A stretch of DNA of 64,000 bases from Chloroflexota bacterium. Lineage in GTDB: Bacteria; Chloroflexota; Dehalococcoidia; Lucifugimonadales; Australimonadaceae. The position numbers and the translations under genes are program-made. The notes below the pieces were generated by a model. That model searched no databases, had not been told where the DNA came from, and saw nothing but the letters and a program-made list of their open reading frames with translations. The stretch is from positions 17,029 to 81,028 of the forward strand of contig JAQCEV010000002.1 of the NCBI GenBank assembly GCA_027618515.1, in the 5' to 3' direction. Shown here one piece after another: positions 1 through 8,964 of the stretch. The stretch's first letter is position 1. Each line of letters starts with the position of its first letter.

Positions 1-456
1 CAAGGTCTTCCCCACGGCTACGCATTCGTGGTCAAGCGGTTATTCAACAACCAGCCTCGCCCGATCCTGCCGATCTTCGAGAACACTTGCTACCCGCCGA
101 ACCAGCCGACGGTGAAGCGCTCCTACAAGTTCGGTGAAGAGATCCGGAAGGCGATCGAGTCCTGGGACTCTGACCTGACGGTTGCGGTGGTCGCTTCCGG
201 CGGCATGAGCCACTTCGTGGTAGACGAAGAGATGGACTGGATGGTTCTTGACGCACTGAAAGCCAAGGACGCCGAGGCCCTGCAGTTGATCCCTCGCGAG
301 CGCTTGTACTCCGCAGCGTCCGAGACGCAGAACTGGATCGCGTTGGGCGGCGTTCTGCAGGACACTGACCTGGAGATGGAGTTGGTGGAATACGTTCCGG
401 TGTACCGCACGCCTGCAGCGACAGGTGGTGGTTGGGGATTCGCTCGCTGGCAGTAG
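1..456 (+). CDS. LigB-family (class III) extradiol ring-cleavage dioxygenase, C-terminal part; 5' end lies outside the window
   Basis: The frame is open from base 1. The C-terminal sequence ...VAVVASGGMSHFVVDEEMD...YVPVYRTPAATGGGWGFARW resembles the LigB/protocatechuate 4,5-dioxygenase beta family and the paralog at 51260-52255 (VAVAASGGLWH...DYVPVF). Confidence 0.6.
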   Translation, partial: QGLPHGYAFVVKRLFNNQPRPILPIFENTCYPPNQPTVKRSYKFGEEIRKAIESWDSDLTVAVVASGGMSHFVVDEEMDWMVLDALKAKDAEALQLIPRERLYSAASETQNWIALGGVLQDTDLEMELVEYVPVYRTPAATGGGWGFARWQ

Positions 457-607
457 GCTGGGCGAGTTTCAAATCGGAATAGCTATGAAGGGCTCGGCGC
501 AGTGCGCCGAGCCCTTCACTTTTCCCGATGCTAAGATACGCGACGCCTAGAGCCCCTGATCGCTGATGCAGGCAAACGGCTCGGCGTTTACTCGATAGAG
601 GTGCCGC

Positions 608-1510
608 ATGAAGATAGGTCTTGGCCTTCCTACGTCTTTCCCGTCCGATCAAGGACAACTGGTGATGGAGTGGGCCCGGCGCGCTGACGCTGCGGGCTTC
701 TCCAGCCTGTCTCTCCTCGATCGACTGGTGTACGACAACTTCGATCCGTTGATCACGTTGACGGCAGCAGCAGCCGTGACGGAGCGTATCCGCCTGATGA
801 CGGCGATCCTCCTCGTGCCGTTGCATAGCGCTGGGATACTGGCGAAAGAGACGGCCAGTCTGGACGCGCTTTCGAATGGACGACTGACGCTGGGTGTGGG
901 CGTGGGGAATCGCAAAGACGATTTCCTCGTTGCAGGCACCACTCACGGTGATCGAGGACGTAGATTCGATGACCAACTGGCGATGATGAAGCGCATCTGG
1001 GCTGGTGAGGATGCAGGAGACGGAGTTGGGCCAGTGGGGCCTGCTCCCGTGCAGGCCGGTGGCCCGCCCCTGATCTTCGGCGGCAGGAGTGAACGAGCGT
1101 TGCAGCGCATCGCGAAGTGGGGCCAGGGATATGTGACAGGCTCCGTATCGGATGTGCCTGGCGCGCGCGCGACGTTTGATATCGCCGAGCGTGTATGGCG
1201 TGAAGCGGGCAGGGCAGGCAAGCCGTTGTTTGTCGGTTCGCTGACGTGCGCGATAGGCGAAGCCGAGGCGCAGGCCACGGCAGATGCCGGGCAGCGCTAC
1301 TACTCCTACCAAGGGGGGCGCCCGGCCAATGCTCCCGGCCAACCAGGTAGTTCACCTGCCGCGAACGCGGCTACGACTCCATCAACCGCAGCAGCCATCT
1401 TGGAAAAGCTGAAAGAATGTGAGGCCGCCGGGATGGACGAGGTATTCGTTCGTCCTGCGGGCGTAACCAACCCCGACCAGGTGGATCGCCTGGCTGAGGC
1501 CGTACTTTGA
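608..1510 (+). CDS. LLM-class (luciferase-like) flavin/F420-dependent oxidoreductase
   Basis: 300 aa. MKIGLGLP...ADAAGFSSLSLLDRLVY...SLDALSNGRLTLGVGVG is a typical luciferase-like monooxygenase pattern. A GAGGTG SD precedes the ATG. Confidence 0.75.
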   Translation: MKIGLGLPTSFPSDQGQLVMEWARRADAAGFSSLSLLDRLVYDNFDPLITLTAAAAVTERIRLMTAILLVPLHSAGILAKETASLDALSNGRLTLGVGVGNRKDDFLVAGTTHGDRGRRFDDQLAMMKRIWAGEDAGDGVGPVGPAPVQAGGPPLIFGGRSERALQRIAKWGQGYVTGSVSDVPGARATFDIAERVWREAGRAGKPLFVGSLTCAIGEAEAQATADAGQRYYSYQGGRPANAPGQPGSSPAANAATTPSTAAAILEKLKECEAAGMDEVFVRPAGVTNPDQVDRLAEAVL

Positions 1511-2403
1511 AGATAGGCATCGGTACGCCAGGAACCAGCCACACGCTTTCGCCGGAGTTTGTGAAGGAGTACGCACGCAGGGCCGATGCTGCGGGCTTCT
1601 CGACGATCACGCACCTGGACAGGGTGGTGTATTCCAACCATGACACGCTGATCGCGCTAACGACGATGGCTGCGGTCACGACGCGCATCCGCCTACAGAC
1701 GTCCGTTCTGCTGACGCCTTTGCGCAGTGCAGCGTTGGTGGCGAAGCAGGCGGCGACGCTGGACGTGATCTCAGGCGGTCGGCTGACGTTAGGCATGGCG
1801 GTGGGCAGCCGACGTGAAGATTACTCGGTCGCGGGTACAGACCCGAGCGATCGCGGCAAACGCTTCGATGAGCAGTTGGCGTTGATGCACCGTATCTGGG
1901 CCGGGGAGGCGCCACTGGATGGCGTTCTGCCCATGGGGCCGACTCCGGTGCAACCAGGAGGCCCACAGGTGCTGATCGGTGGCAGGGTGCCCGTGGCGCT
2001 GCGCAGGGTTGCTAAGTGGAGCGCTGGCTACGTGACTGGTGCGGTGTTCAGCGCCGACACAGCAAGGGCGATCTACGAGCAAGTCGTCGTGAACTGGCAT
2101 GAGGCTGGCCGGGAGGGCACGCCTCGGTTCATGGGTACACTCGCGTGCGCCATAGGCGAAGAGCAAGCGCAGCGTACTGCCGAGAGTATCGACCACTACT
2201 ATCACTATCGTGGGCCTGTTCAGCGCGGAGGGCCTGCATCCGCGAACGTTGCGACATCAGATTCACGGAACAATATCCCTTCGAACATCGCTGCGATCAG
2301 GGAAGTGCTGAAGGCGTGCGAGGCGATAGGGATGGACGAGGTTGTGGTTCGGCCCGGGGTCGAGGAGATCGATCAGGTGGACAAGCTGTCCGAGCTTCTA
2401 TAG
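1507..2403 (+). CDS. LLM-class flavin/F420-dependent oxidoreductase (paralog of the preceding gene)
   Basis: 298 aa and collinear with the 608-1510 product (MKIGIGTPG...ADAAGFSTITHLDRVVY...GGRLTLGMAVG). The TTG start overlaps the upstream stop (TTGA), which suggests translational coupling. Confidence 0.75.
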   Translation: MKIGIGTPGTSHTLSPEFVKEYARRADAAGFSTITHLDRVVYSNHDTLIALTTMAAVTTRIRLQTSVLLTPLRSAALVAKQAATLDVISGGRLTLGMAVGSRREDYSVAGTDPSDRGKRFDEQLALMHRIWAGEAPLDGVLPMGPTPVQPGGPQVLIGGRVPVALRRVAKWSAGYVTGAVFSADTARAIYEQVVVNWHEAGREGTPRFMGTLACAIGEEQAQRTAESIDHYYHYRGPVQRGGPASANVATSDSRNNIPSNIAAIREVLKACEAIGMDEVVVRPGVEEIDQVDKLSELL

Positions 2404-2446
2404 GCAGAGAGAATCAAGCAAGAGCAGATCGGAACTGGAGGGCCCC

Positions 2447-2929
2447 ATGGACGAGCAAGCGAAGAAGACCGCGCTACGGATGATCCCATACGGACTGTAC
2501 GTTCTCACGACGAAGAGCAAGGACGGAAACGACCTTGGAGCTGCGACGGTGAACTGGGTGACACAGGCGTCGTTCGCCCCGCCGCTCGTGGCTGTGGGCG
2601 TGAAGGCTGATTCTGGCGCGCACCAGCACATCAAGGACACAGGCGTGTTCGCCGTGAACGTGCTGGGCAAGGATCAGTTGGACATGGCGTTCGCTTTCTT
2701 CAAGCCGACTGAGCGCGAAGGCAACACGCTGAACGGTCAGCCGTTCGAGGATTCACCGGCAGGGCTGCCGTTGCTGACCGCTACGCCTGCGTGGTGGGAG
2801 TGCAAGTTGGTGGATGAGATCGCTCAGGGAGACCACACGGTCTTCGTGGGTGAGGTAGTTGAGGCGGGAGTGCGCGCGGAGGATCAGATCGTGCTGATGC
2901 GCGACCACAACCTGAATTACGGCGGGTAG
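2447..2929 (+). CDS. Flavin reductase (FMN-binding split-barrel, HpaC/NtaB-like)
   Basis: ORF 2342-2929 trimmed to the ATG at 2447, which follows GGAACTGGAGGG. The sequence GLYVLTTKS.DGNDLGAATVNWVTQASFAPPLVAVGV...FAVNVL is typical of flavin reductase domain proteins. It sits directly after two LLM oxidoreductases, consistent with a two-component monooxygenase. Confidence 0.75.
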   Translation: MDEQAKKTALRMIPYGLYVLTTKSKDGNDLGAATVNWVTQASFAPPLVAVGVKADSGAHQHIKDTGVFAVNVLGKDQLDMAFAFFKPTEREGNTLNGQPFEDSPAGLPLLTATPAWWECKLVDEIAQGDHTVFVGEVVEAGVRAEDQIVLMRDHNLNYGG

Positions 2930-2955
2930 ACCAGCCGCTGATCTCGGAGATAGCA

Positions 2956-2983
2956 AACGGGCCCGGCAGAAGCCGGGCCCGTT
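2956..2983. terminator. Stem-loop between convergent genes (bidirectional terminator candidate)
   Basis: AACGGGCCCGGC-AGAA-GCCGGGCCCGTT forms a perfect 12-bp stem followed by CTTGTT. It lies between the + gene ending at 2929 and the - gene ending at 3006. Confidence 0.6.
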
Positions 2984-3005
2984 CTTGTTGCCGGAGAACG
3001 AGGAA

Positions 3006-3452
3006 CTAGAGAACGAGCGCCTTCGTGGGTACGAGGACGGCGGATGGGTCATCGCGCCAGAGTTCGGGCTGGACGTCGATGTACAACTCGACCTCGTTGC
3101 CGTCAGGGTCTTGGATGTAGAGGCTGTGCGTGACGCCGTGGTCCGACGCACCGACGATGGGAACCTTCGCCTCTTGGATCTGCTGGATAACCGCGATCAG
3201 TTCATCATCCGTGGTGCCGACCTTCAGGCCAAAGTGATACATGCCCACACGACGACCACTGGGGATAGGCTGAGCGGTTTCGCCGACCTCAAGCAAGAGC
3301 AGTTCATGGTGGGTTCGCCCCGCCGTAAACATGGCGGCGCCCTGTCGCTCACTCTTGATCTCGTTCCAGCCGAGGATGTCGCCGTAGAAATGGCGTGAGC
3401 GTTCCAGATTGCTGACGTAAAGGACTACGTGTCCGAGTTCTTTGATCTCCAT
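3006..3452 (-). CDS. VOC-family protein (glyoxalase / type I extradiol dioxygenase fold)
   Basis: 148 aa. LGHVVLYVSNLERSRHFYGDILGW...GMYHFGLKV...HSLYIQDPDGNEVELY is the classic vicinal-oxygen-chelate pattern. Confidence 0.7.
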   Translation of the reverse strand: MEIKELGHVVLYVSNLERSRHFYGDILGWNEIKSERQGAAMFTAGRTHHELLLLEVGETAQPIPSGRRVGMYHFGLKVGTTDDELIAVIQQIQEAKVPIVGASDHGVTHSLYIQDPDGNEVELYIDVQPELWRDDPSAVLVPTKALVL

Positions 3453-3528
3453 GGATACCTCTTTGAGAACTGGCGTGAGTACCGGCGGTTACAGACTCTA
3501 GTTTCGCACGACGTACAAGTCGGAAACA

Positions 3529-3562
3529 CAAAAGGGCCCGGCAGATCTGCCGGGCCCTTTTG
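3529..3562 (-). terminator. Perfect 34-nt palindrome/hairpin downstream of the Rieske oxygenase gene
   Basis: CAAAAGGGCCCGGCAGATCTGCCGGGCCCTTTTG. The A/T tracts on both sides are compatible with an intrinsic terminator in either direction. Confidence 0.6.
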
Positions 3563-3580
3563 AATGATGCGTTGGAACGC

Positions 3581-4942
3581 CTAGTGCGCTTTGCCGTCGC
3601 TGTACCAAGGCTGGTCGGCTGAGCCGAGGCCGCTGGTGTCTACGCCCCAAACTCGGGGGGCGGCTTTCAGGCCTTCCCACTCAGCGAGCTTGACTCCCTC
3701 ACCGGACAGGATCGCCTCTACGGTCGGCTCTCCTGCGACGGTGTCCTTGAACGGCCCACCAACTTCGTCGTAGCCGGGGTACATGTAGAACTCGCAGGGC
3801 AGAACGATGACTCCATTCTCGTCGTCGTTGCGGTGGACGTTCATGGGCTCTCCGCCCTCTTCCACTACGCGAGCCTGCTCGTCGAGCATGCGCCGGAACA
3901 TGATGACGCCGACGTCGGTCACGCCTAAGCGCTCCGTTGTTCGGTCGGAGATGGGGCCCTGGATGATCCAGGCAACTTGGTCTTGTGCGACCACATAGTC
4001 CCTGACGATTTTGCCATTCTCGTCGTAGAGCGAGCGCTCTTCGAACGGGACATCGATGTCGTGCTGGATCGTTTCACCGGGGTTGTACTGGCGGTAGTTG
4101 GTGATCAGGTGAAGCGTGGTCGTGTCGTCGATGGGTACGCGGAACTCCAATCCATGGCTGACGCGGAGGATGTTCGGGAACAGGATGGGGTGGCCGACAC
4201 GCCAATGGTCGCTTTCTTCGGTTTCGTCTCCGACGAGGCGACGCTTGATGACGCCATAGTCGGTGATCTCGAAGGCGATTTTTCGGTGTTCTGCGCCACG
4301 TGAGCTAAGCGCCGCGTTCCACGCATCACGCTCTTCAGTGGGCTTGATGCGATTCATCGTCCAGCCGCCCCAGTAGCGATGGAGCCACTGGAAGTGCAGC
4401 GGGTCAAGGGAGTTCTCCTGGCACTGGAGCCAGTTGCAGGGCAGTTCCATGGACCAGTGGTCGCGTTTGCCTTCCCAGGCGAGGACATCCCAGCGAGGGA
4501 TCAGAGGCGCGGGTTCAGGCCCCATGTACGCGAAGATGAGTCCACCCATCTCCTGCACCTTGTAGGCTTTGATCTTGACCTTCTCTTTGAAACGACTGCC
4601 GGCCGGCTCAGAGGGTTGGTCGACACAGTTGCCCTCCTCGTCGAACAGCCAACCGTGATAGGCGCAGCGGATGCCTTCGGGCTCAGGGACGCCGTAGGAG
4701 AGATTCGCTTTGCGGTGCGGGCACGATGGCTCGATGAGTCCGAGCTTGCCTGCGGTGCTTCTGAAGAGAACCAAGTCTTCGCCCAGAAGGCGGATCTCCT
4801 TGGTTGGCGTTTCATCATTGAGCGCGGAGCTCCCGGTTATGGGGTGCCAGTAGCGACGCATCAACTCGCCCATGGGCGTGCCTGGTCCTACTTGAGTGAG
4901 ACGTTCGTTCTGTGCTTGCGTCAGCATCGATCTGCCCTCCAT
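3581..4942 (-). CDS. Rieske [2Fe-2S] aromatic ring-hydroxylating oxygenase, alpha subunit (phthalate-dioxygenase-type)
   Basis: It has the Rieske motif CPHRKANL...CAYHGW and the mononuclear iron motif NSLDPLHFQWLH. The true start is probably the ATG at 4927 (MLTQAQ...), preceded by GGAGGG. Confidence 0.8.
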   Translation of the reverse strand: MEGRSMLTQAQNERLTQVGPGTPMGELMRRYWHPITGSSALNDETPTKEIRLLGEDLVLFRSTAGKLGLIEPSCPHRKANLSYGVPEPEGIRCAYHGWLFDEEGNCVDQPSEPAGSRFKEKVKIKAYKVQEMGGLIFAYMGPEPAPLIPRWDVLAWEGKRDHWSMELPCNWLQCQENSLDPLHFQWLHRYWGGWTMNRIKPTEERDAWNAALSSRGAEHRKIAFEITDYGVIKRRLVGDETEESDHWRVGHPILFPNILRVSHGLEFRVPIDDTTTLHLITNYRQYNPGETIQHDIDVPFEERSLYDENGKIVRDYVVAQDQVAWIIQGPISDRTTERLGVTDVGVIMFRRMLDEQARVVEEGGEPMNVHRNDDENGVIVLPCEFYMYPGYDEVGGPFKDTVAGEPTVEAILSGEGVKLAEWEGLKAAPRVWGVDTSGLGSADQPWYSDGKAH

Positions 4943-5044
4943 CGCTGGTTCTGGTCAGTAACACTCGGCCAGTTGCTGTGGTCAGTATCCATCGAACCGG
5001 AGCGCAATTGCAGCGCTCCGGTTCGATGCTGCGATCAGTTCAGG

Positions 5045-6163
5045 CTACTGAGAGGCGGTAGGAGCAGGCTTGAAGACATAGTCCAAGTCCGTGTACGCCG
5101 CTTCTGGCATGTCTGTCTTGAGGCCACGCTTGGCGAGCTCTTCCTCGAAGTACTCGCGTATCCACGGCTCTTCGTTGGGGTAGTTGATGTTGGACTCTTT
5201 GGCGTTGCCAGATTCGTCCTCGTCCTTCCCGATGAACTGCACCGGTGGGTGCAGTGCGAAGTAGCGCGCAGCCTTGGTGCCTAGGTTGAAGTGCTGGTGG
5301 AAGTACTGGTCAGGAGGGGTGATGGCGCTACCCGCGTGCCAAGGGTAAATCTTCTTCTCGCCACCTTCAGGCCACATGATGGAGTAGCCTTCACCGCCCG
5401 GGATGACGATCAGGCGACCAGGGCCATGTCGGTGGGCTTTCTTGTAACGGCCGGGGGGGAAGACTGACATGTGGGCGGACATCTCGGATCCAGGGACGTA
5501 CATGGCGATCGAGGAGCCACCGGCGCCACGGTCACCCAGCGAGACGAGCTTGTCCCACGCCAGCAGGTCAGGCCAGAAGTTGCCCTTCCATACTTTGGTG
5601 CCAACCTTCCCCCAGGCGCTGCCGAAATCCTTTTCGACGTCCTTGGCTTCGGAGAAGAACTCCTGGTCGGCGTCGTCGATCATGGAGCCGTTCACGTGCT
5701 CGTTGTTGAAGAAGAAATTCGGGTCGGTGATGACCGTCATGGCGAGCGGGAGGTAGTTGAAGTGGAGCAGCCGCACAGGCTTGTCGCTCATGTTGCGCAA
5801 CTCGCACCATGCGTTGCGAGGAACGACAAACGCTGATCGCTCGCCCCATTCAAAGTCCCGGTGGGCTTTGGAGATGTCTCCGTAGACCGAGGCGAACCCA
5901 CGCCCCTGCAAGACGTAGATGAGCTCATCGACGCCCAGCTTGAACGGTTTAAGGGATCCTCCAGCGGGAATCTCCTGAACACGGGCCTCAGTGACGCCGT
6001 TCATGTCGGTGAACTGAATGAACGCGGTGTCGCAGCCACGCAGGTCCCAGTGGGCCAGTTTGAGATCACGGAGATCGTCGACGTAGCAGTCTTTGTAGAG
6101 CGGAACGCCCTTGTCCGCTTGGTCTTCGAGCCACACGTCGTGGGTGAAGTAACTTCGAGCCAT
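5045..6163 (-). CDS. Bicupin dioxygenase (gentisate 1,2-dioxygenase / salicylate dioxygenase-like)
   Basis: ORF 5045-6235 trimmed to the ATG at 6163, preceded by GGAGGTAAGA. It has two cupin halves (GGSLKPFKLGVDELIYVLQGRG... and ...YKKAHRHGPGRLIVIPGGEG) as in the GDO family. Confidence 0.65.
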   Translation of the reverse strand: MARSYFTHDVWLEDQADKGVPLYKDCYVDDLRDLKLAHWDLRGCDTAFIQFTDMNGVTEARVQEIPAGGSLKPFKLGVDELIYVLQGRGFASVYGDISKAHRDFEWGERSAFVVPRNAWCELRNMSDKPVRLLHFNYLPLAMTVITDPNFFFNNEHVNGSMIDDADQEFFSEAKDVEKDFGSAWGKVGTKVWKGNFWPDLLAWDKLVSLGDRGAGGSSIAMYVPGSEMSAHMSVFPPGRYKKAHRHGPGRLIVIPGGEGYSIMWPEGGEKKIYPWHAGSAITPPDQYFHQHFNLGTKAARYFALHPPVQFIGKDEDESGNAKESNINYPNEEPWIREYFEEELAKRGLKTDMPEAAYTDLDYVFKPAPTASQ

Positions 6164-6293
6164 TCTTACCTCCAGATTTCCGTGGGACTTGGGCCACACG
6201 GGCACGGGGCATTCTACCCCGTTGTTCGGTTTCACAAAAGAACGCCCTCACGGGAATGCGAGAGCGTTCTTCGATGCGGTTCTTTAGCGCTTG

Positions 6294-6821
6294 CTAGTTC
6301 AATGCGATCTTGCCCCTGAACGTGGTGATGGTGGTAGCCGCCCAGATCAGGATGCCAGCGGCGAATCCAAGCTCTACGTCTTCGACCAGCCCGTACCAGA
6401 CGCCGACGGCGCCTGCCGCCAAGCCCCCTAGGACGAGCACAACAAGGCCGAGGGTTCCCGACGGTGTAGTGCCTGCGCTTGCTCCCCCCAATCCACGGTT
6501 GCCACTGAAGGTGAGGAAGGTGGCGGCACCCCAGGCAACCACGGCCACCAGCATGCTGATCTTGATTTCCTCGACGAAGGCCATCCAGGCGGCGGCGGCT
6601 CCGAGTGCGAGGAGGCCGACGACCAGGACTGTGAGCGCGCCAGTGCGAACGTCGTCGGAGAGATCGTCGGGCGGGATCAAGCTGCCACGGAACACGCCGA
6701 CTGTGGCAGTGGCCCACGCCGTGATACCAGCGAGGAACGCTAACTCAATGTCCTCCACGAAGCCATACCAGACGCCTACGGCGCCCCCAACGATGAGGAT
6801 AAGTATCGAGAGCAGATGCAT
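6294..6821 (-). CDS. Small integral membrane protein built from three internal repeats, function unknown
   Basis: ORF trimmed to the ATG at 6821, preceded by AAGGGAGA. Three ~55-aa units each contain GxxAxGAVGVWYG(F/L)VED(I/V)EL...W(A/G)A(T)T...F(R/S)G, predicted as helix-hairpin units. Confidence 0.55.
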   Translation of the reverse strand: MHLLSILILIVGGAVGVWYGFVEDIELAFLAGITAWATATVGVFRGSLIPPDDLSDDVRTGALTVLVVGLLALGAAAAWMAFVEEIKISMLVAVVAWGAATFLTFSGNRGLGGASAGTTPSGTLGLVVLVLGGLAAGAVGVWYGLVEDVELGFAAGILIWAATTITTFRGKIALN

Positions 6822-6998
6822 GAACAATTCTCCCTTTGGGACGATTCGCGTATCGTCCCAAGCCTGTAATGTGACACCAGTGCGATGGCGGGTATGAGGG
6901 GAAACCACCACACGATTGTTGGTCAGCCCCACGGTGCCTGTGCGCGACGTGCATTATCGTAATAGCCAGCGGCGTGTTTTTATACCCGCTGCTGAGCG

Positions 6999-8663
6999 AT
7001 GTCTCGTGCATGGAGACATCCCTACAAGGTAGTTTTGGCGAAAAACTGGCTGACTATTCAAGGACCGCAGAGTACCACCGGCATGGAGTGGGCCTGGGCC
7101 ATCGCACGCATAGTAGTCGTGCTGACGGTCGCAATAGGTGCATGGCTGTTCATGAACGGAAATCCCGCGCAACAGTATGTACTGGCGGCGGTGGGGTTCG
7201 TGTTGGTTTACGACATGGCCCTCGCGGTGCTCATCAAGCGCGGCAGGGTGGCTGGGGCATTCACGATCGGGTTCCTGCTTGACCACGTGGTGCTTCTCTC
7301 CGTGTGGTGGCTGACGGTTCGCCACGCGGAGGTTGACGCCCCGAACGACCTGTACCTCATCCTATTCCCAGTGCTTGTTATCGGCGTGGTGAGGGTTGGC
7401 TGGGCGCTGGGCGTGGCGTATACGGTACTGCTCATCGGTTGGATGGCGTGGGCTGATCTGCGCTATCAGGCAAGCGATAGTTATCCCGTTGACCAGTTGC
7501 CCATCAGGGTGGCGTTCCTCGTGTTGGTTGCGGCACTGGTGACGGCGCTCGTCTACAGACTCCAGCGCTCTCGCAGAGACGCGGAACGGCAATCCGAGAC
7601 CATGGCGGCCGTGCAACGCAGTATGACTGAAGGACTTGTGGTGTTCAGCGAGGGTGGTCGCGTTGAGTACTGCAATCCCATTGGAGCGTCCATCTGCGGC
7701 ACGACGCCTGAACTAGCGATCGGTCAGCACATCAGCTTCTTGTGTGGTACGGCGGTCGCCTCGGGGCAAACGGCGGCCTTCGCGGAATGCATCGGTGGTA
7801 TCGCGATGTCACCAGTGACAGATCCCGCGATCATGTATGTGGGTAACGACCGTCCAGAGTCCCGTCACTATGCGCTGACGACGTTTCCGATCGCGATGGC
7901 AACAGGTGCCTTCGCAGGAGTACTGATCCGTGATGTGACGGAGCAATGGGAGCTTGAGCAACGGCAGTTCGGGTTCGTGTCTATCGCCGCTCACGAACTG
8001 AGGACTCCGCTCACGGCTGTGATGGGGTTCAGCGAGCTGCTGCAAACCCGGAAGCCATCCGAGGAGAAGCATGCCGAGTGGGTGGGGTACATCAATGCGG
8101 AGTCCCACCGGCTGGCGGCAGTTCTGGACGAGATACTGAATGTGACGCGTATCCAGTCTGGGGACATCACGCTAAAGCTCGGTGAGGTGGATGTGCACGG
8201 GGTCATCGAGGACACGCTCAAGGAGATCGCGGCGATCGCTCCAGAGCGGGTGGTCACGTTGGATCTGGCCGCGGATCTCCCGGATGTGACCGGGGACGGT
8301 GAGAAGCTGAAGCAGGTGTTGCTTAATCTGATGAGCAACGCTTTGAAGTACAGCCCTGAGGGCGCGCCGATCGAAGTACAGGCGCGGTTCAATCAAGGTT
8401 CTGACGGACTGCGCATCAGCGTCACAGACCACGGGATGGGCATCGCGGAAAGAGATCGCCCGAAGTTGTTCACCAGCTTCACGCGTGTCCGGAACGAGCA
8501 AACGGAGTTGATCAGAGGCACTGGCCTTGGTCTCTACATATGCAAGAAATTGGTTGAGGCAATGGGCGGGGACATCTGGTTCGACAGTACGCTAGGCCAG
8601 GGGTCGACGTTCACTTTCACACTCCCCGCTGAGCCGCCGGTCGAGTTGGAGCAAGTCGCGTAG
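6999..8663 (+). CDS. Sensor histidine kinase (membrane N-terminus, PAS-like segment, HisKA + HATPase_c)
   Basis: H-box SIAAHELRTPLTAVMGF, N-box LLNLMSNALKYSP, and G-boxes DHGMGI and GTGLGLYICK. The start is uncertain (alternative ATG at 7083). No response regulator gene is adjacent. Confidence 0.8.
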   Translation: MSRAWRHPYKVVLAKNWLTIQGPQSTTGMEWAWAIARIVVVLTVAIGAWLFMNGNPAQQYVLAAVGFVLVYDMALAVLIKRGRVAGAFTIGFLLDHVVLLSVWWLTVRHAEVDAPNDLYLILFPVLVIGVVRVGWALGVAYTVLLIGWMAWADLRYQASDSYPVDQLPIRVAFLVLVAALVTALVYRLQRSRRDAERQSETMAAVQRSMTEGLVVFSEGGRVEYCNPIGASICGTTPELAIGQHISFLCGTAVASGQTAAFAECIGGIAMSPVTDPAIMYVGNDRPESRHYALTTFPIAMATGAFAGVLIRDVTEQWELEQRQFGFVSIAAHELRTPLTAVMGFSELLQTRKPSEEKHAEWVGYINAESHRLAAVLDEILNVTRIQSGDITLKLGEVDVHGVIEDTLKEIAAIAPERVVTLDLAADLPDVTGDGEKLKQVLLNLMSNALKYSPEGAPIEVQARFNQGSDGLRISVTDHGMGIAERDRPKLFTSFTRVRNEQTELIRGTGLGLYICKKLVEAMGGDIWFDSTLGQGSTFTFTLPAEPPVELEQVA

Positions 8664-8964
8664 ACGCGGCGCGCAGACCGATGCTCTCAAGAGCGCCAGG
8701 TAACTGCTTAGGCCGATGGCCAGAGTGACCGTGGGCCACTCCACTCTCCAACGTCGTTGCGCTGTCGCCACTTCATTCAATCTACGGTTTGGTCGCACGC
8801 CCGGCCGTTCGGTCGCACGCGCGTTCGACTAGCACGCGGTGTGCCAGCGGCGATCCATTCCACTCGCGGTCGAGAACGACGAGGGACGAGCGCTGTGGAG
8901 GCTGCAGCGGTACGCTGAGCCAACTCCCGCTGCACCGTGCCCCATGCGTGAACCCGCGCGCCGG

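Noticed and set aside
44-1342. A 432-aa ORF on the minus strand, antisense to the LigB fragment and the first LLM gene
   Set aside because: The composition is Arg/Pro/Ala/Ser-rich with no recognisable motifs. It lies entirely opposite well-supported genes, as is typical of shadow ORFs in GC-rich DNA.
4379-5284. A 301-aa plus-strand ORF antisense to the Rieske oxygenase gene
   Set aside because: It is a shadow ORF with no family resemblance and no SD. The opposite strand carries clear Rieske and iron-binding motifs.
8664-8964. The 300-bp gap after the histidine kinase, with the short duplicated string GGTCGCACGC (8791 and 8811) and several small ORFs
   Set aside because: The duplication is only 10 bp and the ORFs have no recognisable features. 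There is not enough evidence for any element.
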